64,000 nucleotides of DNA, from positions 478,018 through 542,017 of the forward strand of contig JAKMXF010000332.1 in assembly GCA_024704765.1 (NCBI GenBank). Reading direction: 5' to 3'. The notes beneath the pieces were generated by a model. It did not search any database, had not been told where the DNA came from, and saw only the letters and a list, made by a program, of their open reading frames with translations. Below are positions 38,413-51,289 of this stretch, piece by piece. The stretch is from Oopsacas minuta (lineage: Eukaryota; Animalia; Porifera). The position numbers and the translations under genes are program-made. The number at the start of each line of letters is the position of its first letter. Positions within the stretch are counted from its first letter, which is position 1.

Positions 38413-39030
38413 TATTGTGGTGTAAGCACCTGGTAAAATAGGTCAGTCCCTCCCAAAATACAGCATTTTCCTAAAAATTGGTGAAACCTCAATTGTTACA
38501 TAATAATCTATATTATGTTTAGATGATGTATATATTTCATGCCCTTTGGTGCAAATATCTGCAAAAAAATATATCTAACATATTTTTGCTGACAATTGCA
38601 CTGAAGGGCAATTTTCCACCGCCCCGCCTGTACATCTGGTTTCCGCCAATAGGGTGTTCATGAGATTAGGAAAATAAATAGCAACAGTATTCATAGGAAT
38701 CAACGAAATTATATAGTTATAACTATACATACAATTTAGGCGATACTATAGGCGATACTATTTATCCTAATATTGTTGTGAAGCCACCTGGCTAAAGCGA
38801 GCTAATCAACTCCAGAATACTGAGTTTCCTAATAATTGGTGAACTATCTCTTATTGCATAAATATTCTCTATTGTATGTTTACCAGATGTTATATAAATT
38901 TCATGGTCCTATCTAACATACTTTTTAGATATTTGTATCTAAAATGGTAATTTTCCCCAACCCACCTGTACATCAGATCTCGGCAGCCAGGGGATTCATA
39001 AGACTAAGTGATAAATTTCTAAACAAAATT
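38413..39030. repeat. Old ~355-bp direct duplication
   Basis: Shared blocks CACCTGG, TTTCCTAA.AATTGGTGAA, TATCTAACATA and CCTGTACATC at ~38413-38690 and ~38771-39030. Confidence 0.55.
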
Positions 39031-41859
39031 CTAAGGTATCAACCATACTATATATTTCTATACATTTATAGAAAATTTATCCCCGTAGATGAGGTAACAT
39101 GTATAATATTACCAATAACAGCCATTTATGAGGGGGCAAGTTTGTTTCTTATTTGGTAATTTTTTAAGTACATTTTACCAGCCATTTTCAGTGACTCTGA
39201 ATACATAACTTCTCCTGTACGCCAGGTTGATTAAAAAATCAATGGTTTTGGATAGATCTCTGTCTGTATTAAAATTGTCTCGCGTACGTTTTCTGTAAAA
39301 ATTTAATAATATTAATAACTTTGCTGTTCAATGTGTTACCAACAGCACAACCAAAAACGACCAAAATAATGATATATGCTTTGGAATCTACACAACAATC
39401 CAGATTCACTGTGAAATTTACAAAAAGATTCACCACTGGAAGATGAAGTAGGTTATGTAGTGAAGTGAAGTTCTGACTCATGAATTGTAATCAACGAGTG
39501 ATGTTGCAAATGGGATAGAAATTTTGAGTGTTTCAATGGTGAAAATAGAGCACGAGCAGAGGCGGCGCAAACAGTCACCCTAGTCTGGCCTGGCATGACC
39601 AATTTTGTCTGGGATTATTAATATATACAGTCAAGTATGGCTACTTAATGTTAGATCAAGCCAAAGGATCAACCGCTAATTAACAACTCCCTTGCAGATT
39701 CAATTGAGAAATACAGATAAATAATTGACCACATTCACAAAATTGTGTAATTTATATAGTCGAATTAGTGTGGCCTATGGTGACTATGGAACTGCTATTT
39801 CGAGTCGTTTTAATGGTTGATATGAATAATTGTATATGTGGGTTCGTCCTCTCCACTTTTGCGACTACGAGATTTGTGTACATGCATAAATCTCGTAGTA
39901 GCCATTCACTTCGAATACAAGCATTGCCAGCTTCGGACCCAATTGCCCACTGGTGTAAAGGAGAGGCTAGTATATCAATTAGAATAAAGAGGCAAACCAA
40001 AGGGCGAAACGCGTGGACAGGAAGTGTTCGCAAGTAGTGGAGTGCAAATAAGAGAAAATTTCTGGTATATAATAATTAAATTAAAGCCACTTATGCAGGG
40101 ATCTAAATCTAAAAATATTACAATTTTAAAATTTGATAAACTATTATATATAACATGCTAAGATTTTAAAAGAAATGAAACGGTCAAACAATATGAAGGA
40201 TAATGGAAGTAATGTCAATGATTTCCCCATTCATTGAGATTAAGTTGATCATCCTTCATATACTTTGAAACACATTTAAGGTATAATTGAGAAATAATAA
40301 GAATCTTCGTTACTTAATTTGTAAAAAAATGATATACTAAACCGGCCTTGTATTTTTTAGACAATTTAGCAGCATACACGGTTCATACTTTAAAGCCTTT
40401 CAGAGAAATGATCGCATTGATCTATGGATCTTATATATATTTGAGGCCTGGGAGATAATTTTGAGAGCCTCAAGATGCCGAAATCAAATCTTAGTGTGTA
40501 ATAATTATGGACAGAGTATGTAACATGGTAAGTTGTTGGGAGTTTATTCACTAATACTATATTACGGCCTCATGTGTAGTGAAAAACTTTGCCTTAGGTA
40601 GGAATTATCTAAACTTCCCCACTCTCATGGGCCACACATCGTCTTATAGGTTCTCGCTGATTAAATCAAAATTTCACTACAAATTTTACTTCTCTAATAT
40701 AACATAAAATCTATTTTAACATATAAATCTCTCAGAAAATTAGTGCACAATTAGCACAATTGGCAGTTTTCGTGACGATATAAGCTATGATACGCTCTTA
40801 TGTAACGATAGCAACTAGAGTAATCTATACTTACTAGCGAGCTTCGCTTGCTCGCGTGTGAAGCTTGAAAACACTCTGTGTAAGCATTTGGCTTGGCACT
40901 TCAAGCCTCGAATTACGCAGATTATATAAGTAGCAACTTGTCCACAATATGTGGATCGGGTGATGACAAAATCATATTTGAATTCAGGGTACTCGATTAC
41001 CCCAGTATAACTGTTGAAAGCAAGTTTTAGGATTACTTAGAAAATTGTTTACTTTATATAGCTAAACACAACAAATATTCACAATATGCTGATTGCAGAA
41101 ATTGGTCCCTCCATTTCTACATTCATCCTTGCGGTAAATTATGATTATCCAGTACCAATTTAAGTAAATTACTATGCAATGTTATTGCCAGAGCGAGTGA
41201 CTGTAAGAGTTGGCTCAGCTTCAAGGGCTTTGTCTCAGAAATTCATTTACTATTAAGCTTTAATTAGACATAGTTACTCTCATTATTCATGAATTTATGG
41301 TTGTACCATTTGAATTCATAATACGAAAGAACATCAATTTTGTTATTTTTCCCCTTAGTTCGAAGTATGAAGTTATGGTGTATTTGATTCAATCTGTAAA
41401 TTCTAGAGAATTTGAGCAATATATTCTATGTTATTAAGACGAACGGTGAGATAGTAAGAGGCTTGATAAATGCTGGAATGAGTAACAAATCAAAAGAATT
41501 ATTACAAACTTGTGAATCATATCCACTAACTACGACTAAAACAAGTTAAGTAACTCGTACGACATATATTTTACTAGACAAGCAAAGGATATTAATCATT
41601 GGCTAATATTCGCTAAGTACTACAATGTAGGCTTCTGTTGGCTGGCCAAAGGAATAGTTGTGTGATTAGAATAATTGGAATGATGATCAGTCTAAACGTG
41701 TGATCTCGGTCAATGCATAGAAGATACAATTAATCTGGCCTAGTATTACCTTCATATCTTTACTTCCATTTTTAAGTTTCTGGTTTTCTATCCAACCATA
41801 GATATACCAACACTTTCCCTACTTTATATTCTTAAAACAATGCAAACCAGCATTATAGT

Positions 41860-41985
41860 AGTGAACGACCGAAACCGAATTTCGATAACTAATTGCTTAA
41901 TAGGTGATACTAAATTCAATTTAGTGTTAATTATCATAGACAGTTGTATAAAGTTAATTCTATCTTTCAATTACCTAGATGTGTA
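41860..41985 (+). mobile_element. Left part of a hAT-like MITE whose right part lies (inverted) at 47289-47528
   Basis: AGTGAACGACCGAAA occurs at 41860 and 47290 in the same orientation. Both are flanked by ATTATAGT once the intervening segment is re-inverted. Confidence 0.7.
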
Positions 41986-43600
41986 TTAAGTGATGATTTC
42001 TGAAGGCCCCATTGCATTAATGGATACAACTCGTTATCAGATATGTACAAGTCTGGTTGTGTGAGAATTGATCTTTCAAGCGCTTTAGACAGGAATGACA
42101 AATTTGCTATTGGCATATAATTTGCGAGCTGATTATAATCAAGGGAGGACATTTTAGAGATGGAGTGATCAAAGCTTGATTGAAGTTTCCGGGAAACAGC
42201 TTGTTGTATCGAGCAAAATATGATCTTTGTGATATGCACACTTAGATAAGGAATACATTGTTTAAGGTCGCTGTTGGAATGGGATCTAAACTACAGTGTT
42301 ATGTTTAGATATATTGAGTAAGATATCAACTTTGGGGAGTTTGAGTAGGTAAAATCGTGGAAGCTCGTGGGACAGGAAATAGGAGGAATGTAAAGAGAGT
42401 AAGGTGAAATTGAGCAATCACACCGTTCTTGTAGTTTGTCAATTTTGTCTCTGAAATAGCGGGAGAATTTACAGACTAAGGAGTAGTTGGAGGAATCCGG
42501 AAAGACATTCTTTGTGCTTGGGACAGATAGACAATCATTTTACAAGATGGAATAATTTTCCATCGTCACAGCTACCGAATTCCTCTACAATACTCAGCCT
42601 TTATAGAATCAAGAAGAAACTTATAAGGGTGAGGTTTCTCCTTAAGGACATCAAGGTCAAGTGTAGACCTGGATTTCATGAAACTCCTCTCAAGTCTTCG
42701 TAACTCTCGTTTTATCTCGCGGAGATCGCCAGTGTACCATTGACACGATGAACGGCTAGTCACGGTTCTGCAAGATACGGTGGCATGCTCGTCAAGTTCC
42801 GAAAGTAAGTTAGTGATAATTATATATTATTACTAATAAATCTGAGGTATTATTTTTGAACCGAAATCAAAAGTTGAAGACTTTCAACAAAAGAGTCGAT
42901 ATTCATTGCCCTAAGATTTCGTTGAGATACCTGCACTTTAGATCGCGGAGGGCAAAGGAATCCAAATTCAAAAATAATATAGGCATGATCAGAGGAAGCG
43001 CATGATAAGATATTTGAAGATATTAGCAGATCATTATCCACCCGCTTAGTAATAACCAGATCAATAGTGTGGCCCAAGTGATGGATTGGACTTGTTATGT
43101 GTTGATAGAGGTCAAACTTTATGAGGGTGTCTTTAAACAAGACGGTATGTGGATCTAAAGGTAGATTGAAGTGAATGTTAAAATCTTCAACTAATATAAT
43201 CTTAGTCTGAATAGCTATGGTAAGCTGATTAAGATCAGAGAAATCTGAGATGAACTGACTGAAGGAGATTTCCTTTTGGTAGGAGTATATAAAACGACCA
43301 GAAAATTTTCCGGAGGATATCCAAGAGCTGAGTGATATGTGAATCTTTCGCTATTGTCCACCTATATCGATGCTTAGCGACCATCCCAAGCGTGGACGCT
43401 GTTGATGTGAGAGACTTCATTGCAAAACTAATTTCAGAAGAGTACTTTCAAATTAGTTGAGTTTGTCTTTCAGCAAGATGTCTTTCGGCAAGATCTCCTA
43501 TTCGGAAAGGTGTCCCAGCACTTTGCAAAACATGGCATTATACAACAAGACAGTATCGCCTATTATCAAGAAGGAGATGGTCAGGCTGAGTGACGATTCC
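41986..43600 (-). mobile_element. CR1/L2-type LINE ORF2, 5' half (APE endonuclease to early RT), degraded
   Basis: HHLGHTIDLVITK, SSDHAYI, LDYNQLANYMPIANLSFLSKALER, ending at the QSAFRxHHST-like motif. Confidence 0.85.
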
Positions 43601-43880
43601 GGACTATAAAGCAAATACTCAGGAGTCTGATCGCAGAACAAGACTTAGAGGACAAGTACTGGCCGTATCTGTTTTCCCAAGCGACTCATAAACTCAAAGA
43701 AAATAATGAAGAAAGTTCACCAATAATTAAACCCAATTACTAAATTGCTAAAAGGGTTAATGTAAACGACAAAGTACTTATTGAGAATTTGTTCAGAATG
43801 TGAAGCAAATCAGGAGCTACAAGAAAAGTGAATTGGCCCCTATCAAATCACAAAGGATTCCACGAGAACGTAGTATACCA

Positions 43881-45054
43881 GTGACCTTCGATATATATAT
43901 ATAAGGCCATACCACTGACCAGGGTATCATCCAGGCGTATGCCACGCGTCTACAAGCGCATAAATTTCAGCAAAAATAGATCTAGGCGTGTCAAAATTCG
44001 CGGAAGACCTATACCGTGATACTAAATGTATACTCTAGGCGCGCGTAAATATGAATGCGAACATTTTAGGCGTATGTTTCAGAAAAGCTGGATGAAACCC
44101 TACCACTGAGCATGTTTTTATAGACCATGGATTACTCCAAGTCCATTAAATTGATAGGCAATAATATTATTCACGATAATACAAAATTGGCGCATTTTGG
44201 CCGGAATAAATGTATTATTATTGTCCGTAAATAATTCACACAAGCTTTGTCATTCGCCGGTCGAAGTGCCGAAATATCACTGGCTAAAATGGTAATAAGT
44301 TATGAAAAATCCGCCATTTTCAAGCTCTGTCAAATGATCAATATATATCGCTTCGTCGACTCTAGAATTAACACCAAATGATTCAAGGATATTTTCATAG
44401 AAAATATCAAGAAATTGCTATAAAATGTTCTCAAGTTCCAGGGTGACCATGGATGACACATTTCTGCAAATATTCATCTATAACTTGACGACCCTTAATG
44501 TCGTAGTCATCTTGCAAACATATCCTATTTGACCGGCTTCCCATACCCTGATAATACATTTTGATATTATTTCTCTGACAATTATGATGCAACCTTGGGA
44601 AAATGCCCATATATGTTATCATTGATGACTGTACAATAATCTTTGGACACATCATATCAAAATATATTATCAAGATATGGGAAGTCGGGTAAATACGATA
44701 TGTTTGCAATATGATGGGCTATAAAATTCGCGGTTGTCAAGATATATGAAATATCCTTGGATCATTTGGCGTTATCTCTAAAGTCGACGAAGCGATACAT
44801 TGATCATTTGAAGAGCATGAAAAATGACGCATTTTCACAATATATTCCCATATTAGCCAATGAGATGACATCACTTCAACCTGGGACTCGTCGGCTGACA
44901 TTGCTTGTGTTAATAAGTATCTAACAATAATTATTCTGGCCAAAACGTACCATTTTTGTATTATCGTGAATAATATTCATGCCTATCCAATTTAACGGAC
45001 TTCAAGTAATCCATGGTTTCGAGTAGTAGTAAGGTTTTATATTATGTAGGTTAC
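43881..45054. mobile_element. Second copy of the long-TIR Mutator-like MITE (family of 11499-12579)
   Basis: Same GTGACCTTCG end and internal sequence; flanks AGTATACCA / GGTATATCA (7/9). Confidence 0.8.
43920..44102. mobile_element. 183-bp hAT MITE nested in the Mutator-like MITE
   Basis: TIR CAGGGTATCATCCAG / TAGGGTTTCATCCAG; flanks CCACTGAC / CCACTGAG (7/8). Confidence 0.85.
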
Positions 45055-45254
45055 GGTATATCATATTACCATTATAGAAGTGTAGAAATTGAGTATTCAT
45101 CACAATGTGAAAGAAAGAATAGAGATATATTATGTCCTTTTAAGTGTAGTTCAAGAATTCTTAATATCAAGTCGTTTGAATACACCTAGAGCTAGTGGAA
45201 TGGAAATGCTAGACCAAAATGTAAAAGTAATTGACTACACATTACACCCACAAA

Positions 45255-46642
45255 CAGAGGCGTCGATCATGGGGGGCGGGCTAGGGGACTCTTGCTCCCC
45301 CCCCAATATTATTTATCATTACTAACGGGTGTTGGAGTCCGAATATCAGAGATAGCTCCAAGCACCATACTAACTCATTGCCATATGCACTGTGTTAATC
45401 TCGCTGTTCAAGATGTAGTTAAAACAGTTCCTATAATGCGCAACCTTCTACATTTAGCAAGTGATTTTATCGTATTTCTTAGAAACTCTACAAAACGATG
45501 TACTATTGTACATAATATTGCACTGCAGTTAGATTTTCCGAAGACTCACATAAGACCCCTTTTCCCTACACGATTCACTGTAAATATTCTGCACTTTCTG
45601 GAGTGTATCAACAATTTGATGTAATTTTTGATTCATTAGAAGAGATAAACACACAAATCAGTGAAAGTAGGATTAAATCAAAAGGAAGCGGTTAACAGAA
45701 TTTGATACATGTTTGGCTCTATGCTTAACACTCAAGCTATTTGAAATAGCAGATAGGTTAAGCAAACGGCTTCAGTCTAAAGATATTTCAGTCGGAGAGT
45801 GAATTCATTGGTTAAATATACCATCTCTATTTTAGAATCAATGGATTGTGAAAAAAATTTATATTTCTTTAGTCAGAGGTGCAGCATTTTTGTATAGAAC
45901 ACGGAACGGAATCTGCAAAACTTCGACATGAAACACGACATCCAATTCGATTTAATCTCCCTAGTAAAACTATTTTCGATACACCAGAAGAATACTATCA
46001 GTCAATATACAATCAAGTTCTTGCTCATGCTGGTGATACTTTACGATGTTGCATAACAAACATCTGCATACCAGTATTTTTAAAAATCGAACACATTTAG
46101 TTGATAGTTGGAAAGGAGTTGCCATCAATTTAGATTACCTTAAACTTGTATGTAAGCATTATGATCATTTAGGTCAAAGACTTCTTGAAGCGCAACTTCT
46201 ATGTATAGAAAATCTACCAGAAAGGAATGACAACTATAATTCTTGTTTGTAATATCATAAAATTGATTTGTGCAAGCAAAGTGAAACATTTATTACCAAT
46301 GGTGGTGGAAATGATAAAGTTTTGTGATGTCTACCCATCATCTAAACCAACTGCAGAGAGATCCTTTAGTTAATTGCGTCTTTAAAATCATATTTAAGGA
46401 ATACAATGACTCAAAGAAGACTTAATTCGTTCCTCATCCTCTACATACCATGAAGAAGTAGACCAACTAGATATAGATGAATTGGTGAATTACTTCATTA
46501 CGTAAAAAGAAACAAGAAGAAAGGGTTTCTGTTCAGAAGCATGATAATGCAAAATGGTATTGCCAATTATTGAAATTATTTAATAGTTCTTAGCTATAAT
46601 TTCGTATAAATTAAAATATTTTGCCCCCGATCGACGCTTCTG
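45255..46642 (+). mobile_element. hAT internal-deletion derivative with C-terminal transposase remnants
   Basis: TIR CAGA(G/A)GCGTCGATC; flanks CCCACAAA / CCCACAAG; HCHMHCVNLAVQD and AERSFS..YLRNTMTQRRLNS fragments. Confidence 0.88.
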
Positions 46643-47528
46643 CCCACAAGCATTAGAATTGCTGTACTCCATTGGGAAGAGAATATAATGGAGCCATACT
46701 TGTAAATACATGCTCTATTGATAATATAATCACCTTATTTAGCTTGCACATGGAAACCCTTTCAACATCAACGAGATTAGCTTCAATTGCAATCACACAT
46801 TTGCAAGAATTACCCAAATTGTAATAACTCGTAACTTTAACCGTACACGCCACTGGATAGCCCCAAAGATTGGAATAACAATTACGGATGCTCAATACGA
46901 ATCATTAGGATACCAAGGAAATATGGTTAAAATTCTTGGAGGAAATTCACTTATGTACCAGTCAGAATTCAATTGAATTCCAATTCAAGAGCTGCGAATG
47001 TATCTCAAAATAACATCTTACCCCTGTCTTCTATTTATACAGTCGAAAAGAAATGTCAGGCTACAATCGACATTTCTGGCTTTATAAACCTCAAGTGCAG
47101 ATAAGCAAATGCCAACAATGAGGAAATTTCCAGAAAATCTTTAAGAGTGGCACCACTTATGATCCTTAAAGTAGGTTACATTAGCTCTTACTTTAAAGAT
47201 ATCATGAATCAAAATCTAATTGGAGAAACATCTTGATAACTGAAATGAGCACGAAACTGCATTATAGTCTCATCGGCTATACTATAATAAGTGAACGACC
47301 GAAATTCGTTTTCGTTTTCGGCCTAATTTCAGGATCTTTGGCTTCACTGAAATTATATAAATATTGTAACTTCTCAGACAGTAAGCAAAGAAAACATATC
47401 AAGAGTGCTAAATGAATATTCAACATACACACTATGAAAGGTCTTTCAATTGGTTAACATTAGATATGCAAACTATTGTTTTGTCGAGAAAACTTGCCCA
47501 AAGTTAATTTCATTTATTAGGAAAAGAT

Positions 47529-48720
47529 TTAACTGAACCTTTACATATCAAGATGTTCAATGATATTGGTAGCACCCTTGATGCTGGACGAAATGGTCTA
47601 TTACTCTTCTTGATCTATCTAGTGCCTTTAGCACTTTGGATGACGAAATCCTCTTTGAGCGTCTGGAAAGTTCTCTCCTGCATAAACTCTTATTTGTCTT
47701 ACCTAACTGAGGCTATTAGCATCAATGGTACACACTCTAACCCACAACCTGTTAAGATTGGTGTTCCTCAGGGTTCTACACTAAGTCCCATTCTCTTCAG
47801 CTTATATATTCCCCCTATAAAAGACAGTGCATGCTTATGCTCTTTCTATCCTATTATATGTTGATGATGTCTAGTTTAATCTTTCACTTTCGCCTTATAA
47901 CATTAATGAACCTATTCTGCAACTGGAATCTTCCTGTCTGATCTTTATGTTTGGTTTAGTGAAAACAAACTTGTTTGCAACCCATTGAAGTGTAACGTCG
48001 TCTTTTTCTCACCTGGATCTCGCAATTCCCATGCTAATTTTTATATCACATTTGGTATATCTGTAATTCACACAATGGACAATGTCTTAAAGCTAGGTGT
48101 CATCTGGGATGCGTATATATCATTGATATCTCATTTATATGCATTTGCAAGGCTGGGTCAATAAATTTATATAGGATAGGTGCACTTCGTTCTTAACTTG
48201 ACAAGCTTACCATAATAAGCCTGGCCCATGCATTTTCTCCTGTCGTCTGGACTATTTTAATGCACCATTTTTTGTCTTACCAGCACGAGAAATTCATACG
48301 TAGACTACAAAGTATACAAAATACGGCTGCTCGTTTAATCTCTTGGGAAAAAATATGACGATATAACACCAATTCTTAAAGACCTATACTGGCTGCATGT
48401 GAGGGCGCATGTTGATTATACAATATTGGTTACTATTTACAAAATCCTTAATGACTTCTGTCCGATATACTTGAAGGAACTGATTCGCCTCTCTGAATCT
48501 TGCTATCACCTCAGATCAACATCATCAATTATATAAAGACAACATAGCTATCGAATTAAGTACTATTGAATCCGCGTGTTCTCATTCTCGTCCTCACAAT
48601 TCTGGAACTCCCTCTCGAATGTCTTAGAAACGCTGGGTCAATTGAGATGTAAAAGAATACAAAAACTTGTCTCTTCAACCTGTACTATCCTTAACCTCTC
48701 CTTCTGTACTGTTCATTTGT
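47529..48720 (+). mobile_element. CR1/L2-type LINE ORF2, 3' half (RT and C-terminus), degraded
   Basis: KMFNDI..LD, GVPQGSTLSPILFSLY, YVDD, and C-terminal QNTAARL..HITPIL..L.W-like sequence; ends in a TA-rich tail. Confidence 0.85.
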
Positions 48721-48761
48721 ATGTACTTATCTATTTGTGTACTGTAATATATATGTATATA

Positions 48762-49678
48762 CACTAGGTGGACAAAAGTATTTCAAAACACAAATATATT
48801 GTCATAAATTGTATACTCTTTCCCGGTCATATATATTGTATAGTCTATATTCATAGCTGCAATCTAGTAATTTGCATAGAATAACATATGTTTCTCACGA
48901 ATTTCAAAAAAATATTTTCGATTTGCACTTTTTGAAGGTGCTAATTATTAATAATTATTAGATGATTATTGATATTCAAAATATGTGGTAATTCAAAGCC
49001 TATTAAGAATCTATAATTTCTGACTTGATATTTGAATTCTACGTAGGCGAGTTACCTCAGATTGAAATTTCCAATCGAATTGAACAATTTTTACCAAAGT
49101 TATAGAAGAATTTCAATTTGTCCCACTTGTGCCACTTTTTGCCCAAGGTGGCACAAGTGGCCGCTACCAAGAGGTTATTTTGGATTTCAAGGGTTAGCAT
49201 AGTCATATCATTCAAAAGTATTACTTCGACTTATTCCTCCTAACCCTAGTTGATTTCCTTGTAGTGGCGCTTTTTCCTACCACCTGTGCAACTTTTTGAA
49301 AAAAGTGGCACAAGTGGGACAAAATGAAATTCTTCTATAACTTTGATAAAAATTGTTCAATTCGATTGGAAATTTCAATCTGAGGTAACTCGCCTACGTA
49401 GAATTCAAATATCAAGTCAGAAATTATAGATTCTTAATAGGCTTTGAATTACCACATATTTTGAATATCAATAATCATCTAATAATTATTAATAATTAGC
49501 ACCTTCAAAAAGTGCAAATCGAAAATATTTTTTTGAAATTCGTGAGAAACATATGTTATTCTATGCAAATTACTAGATTGCAGCTATGAATATAGACTAT
49601 ACAATATATATGACCGGGAAAGAGTATACAATTTATGACAATATATTTTTGTGTTGAAATACATTTGTCCACTTAGTG
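48762..49678. mobile_element. Tc1-type MITE with ~380-bp near-identical TIRs
   Basis: CACTAGGTGGACAAA / CACTAAGTGGACAAA; TA duplication; repeated GTGGCACAAGTGG boxes at the inner TIR ends. Confidence 0.92.
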
Positions 49679-51289
49679 TACCTTTCGGACCATCTCACTC
49701 ACAACCCCCACTATTTCAGCCTCCACCGTTGAAACCACTGGTTTTGGGCTCTATTTAGTATGGTAAACTGAGCCGATATCCATCCTATGAGTGACTCCCT
49801 TGGCAACTTTGGGCCGTTTCTGTTTGGGACAAACACACTATTTGAACAAAATGTCCAAAAAAATGCCCTCTATAAATGTAGCAATCTCTTATTTCTTTTT
49901 GCTTCCTCGATCCTGGCATACTTTTGGTGAATGCAACTTTGTTTTTGGGACATTCTGAAAATATGATTAATCACAAAACAGGTGTGATACTTTCAATTTA
50001 GAAAATTATAATCTCGAGGTGCAATATATATTTGTAACCATTTTCATGATAATCGGAATGCTAGATTTCGCACTACTTCGCAGATGATTGTCATACATCG
50101 TTCATGCCATGAGGCACCTCCATATAGGAGCTGTACTAATAATTAATGATTATATTCCTTTAGCCGTAAGTTGCCAAAGATAGTACTGCCATGGCAGTTA
50201 CAGGCGTACCGATTGATACGGCATAGAAACAGTCAGATTATACAAATTTACTCATACTTATGTGCATGTACATTTAGATTTCTAATTTATCAGATAAAAA
50301 AATAATTCGTATATTTGACCACATATAAGCTACGATTTTGGTCTAAAATGACTACAACATCCAAAAACACAGTACCATAGAAGAATAAGGCATTTAGTTG
50401 AGATGAAATTTGAACAATTTCAGAAACCAAATGCTCTCTCTGCTGTTCTGATAACCGAGTTGTCGGATAATCGAGGTTCGGAGAATCGAGGCCTATTGTA
50501 GTAGTTACATCTAAGACAATCTGGCTTCCTATAGCACTAATGATCTACGCGAGTGTTGCTGTATAGTCTTACAATTATAGTCTGTGTAATCGATTAGCTT
50601 TAAAATAATTGAAATTCAGCCGGATTTAGTGCAAGAAACGTGAATTTTAACTGAGACTACTTTATGTCATCCCCCACGACTCTCACTCCCCACTTAAAAT
50701 TAGAATAACTGCGCGAATTTCTGCTAACTTTGGGTGACGAGAATGCTTTTTACTAAAACCTCGACATTTTCAGGTTTTCGGGCAAAACTTTCCTAGACAG
50801 AACCCAAGAAATACTGGACTATGGTCACCCTTTGCTAACTTCACACTTAGTGGCGTATCCAGGGGGGATTTGGGCGTTATAACACACCCTCCTAACTGGT
50901 TTCCAAAATGGGATGTGTTGTTATTCATAATTCGATTTTCCCGGGAACTTCGTAATACAGGACTTAAAACGGATTTGGACCATGGATGATGGTAAGTATT
51001 GGTAATGTATAATTATTTTATTTTGAATTGGGGGATTGGTAATAATTTATTCTGATAATTGAACGTGTTATATACATTCAATTACATTCAGTAACAACTT
51101 TACTTATCTAAGATCGAAATTAGTCGAATGTTATCGAAAAATCATGGGATCTTTTGGTTGGTTAGGTATTCTTAAATAAAAGATACTTTCTCAATTACAG
51201 ATAGTAACTCCGATAGTTAAACAGGTAATATATGGATTTATTAATCATCAGAAAAAATTAAATGTTAACTAAGATTGGAATTTCTTTAA

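Noticed and set aside
39752-40037. Overlapping 89-93 aa ORFs in a GC-richer patch
   Set aside because: No recognisable motif in any frame and no splice context; cannot be supported as a gene.
46653-47200. Possible EnSpm-like transposase C-terminal relic on minus strand
   Set aside because: Only vague Cys/Tyr patterning; too degraded to call.
41986-47532. piggyBac insertion explaining TTAA at both breakpoints
   Set aside because: No CCC/GGG piggyBac termini next to either TTAA, and the LINE halves are on opposite strands, which an insertion cannot explain.
48762-48770. CACTA/EnSpm element because the MITE starts CACTA
   Set aside because: Flanks show a TA duplication, not a 3-bp TSD, and the right end is CACTAA; fits Tc1/mariner.
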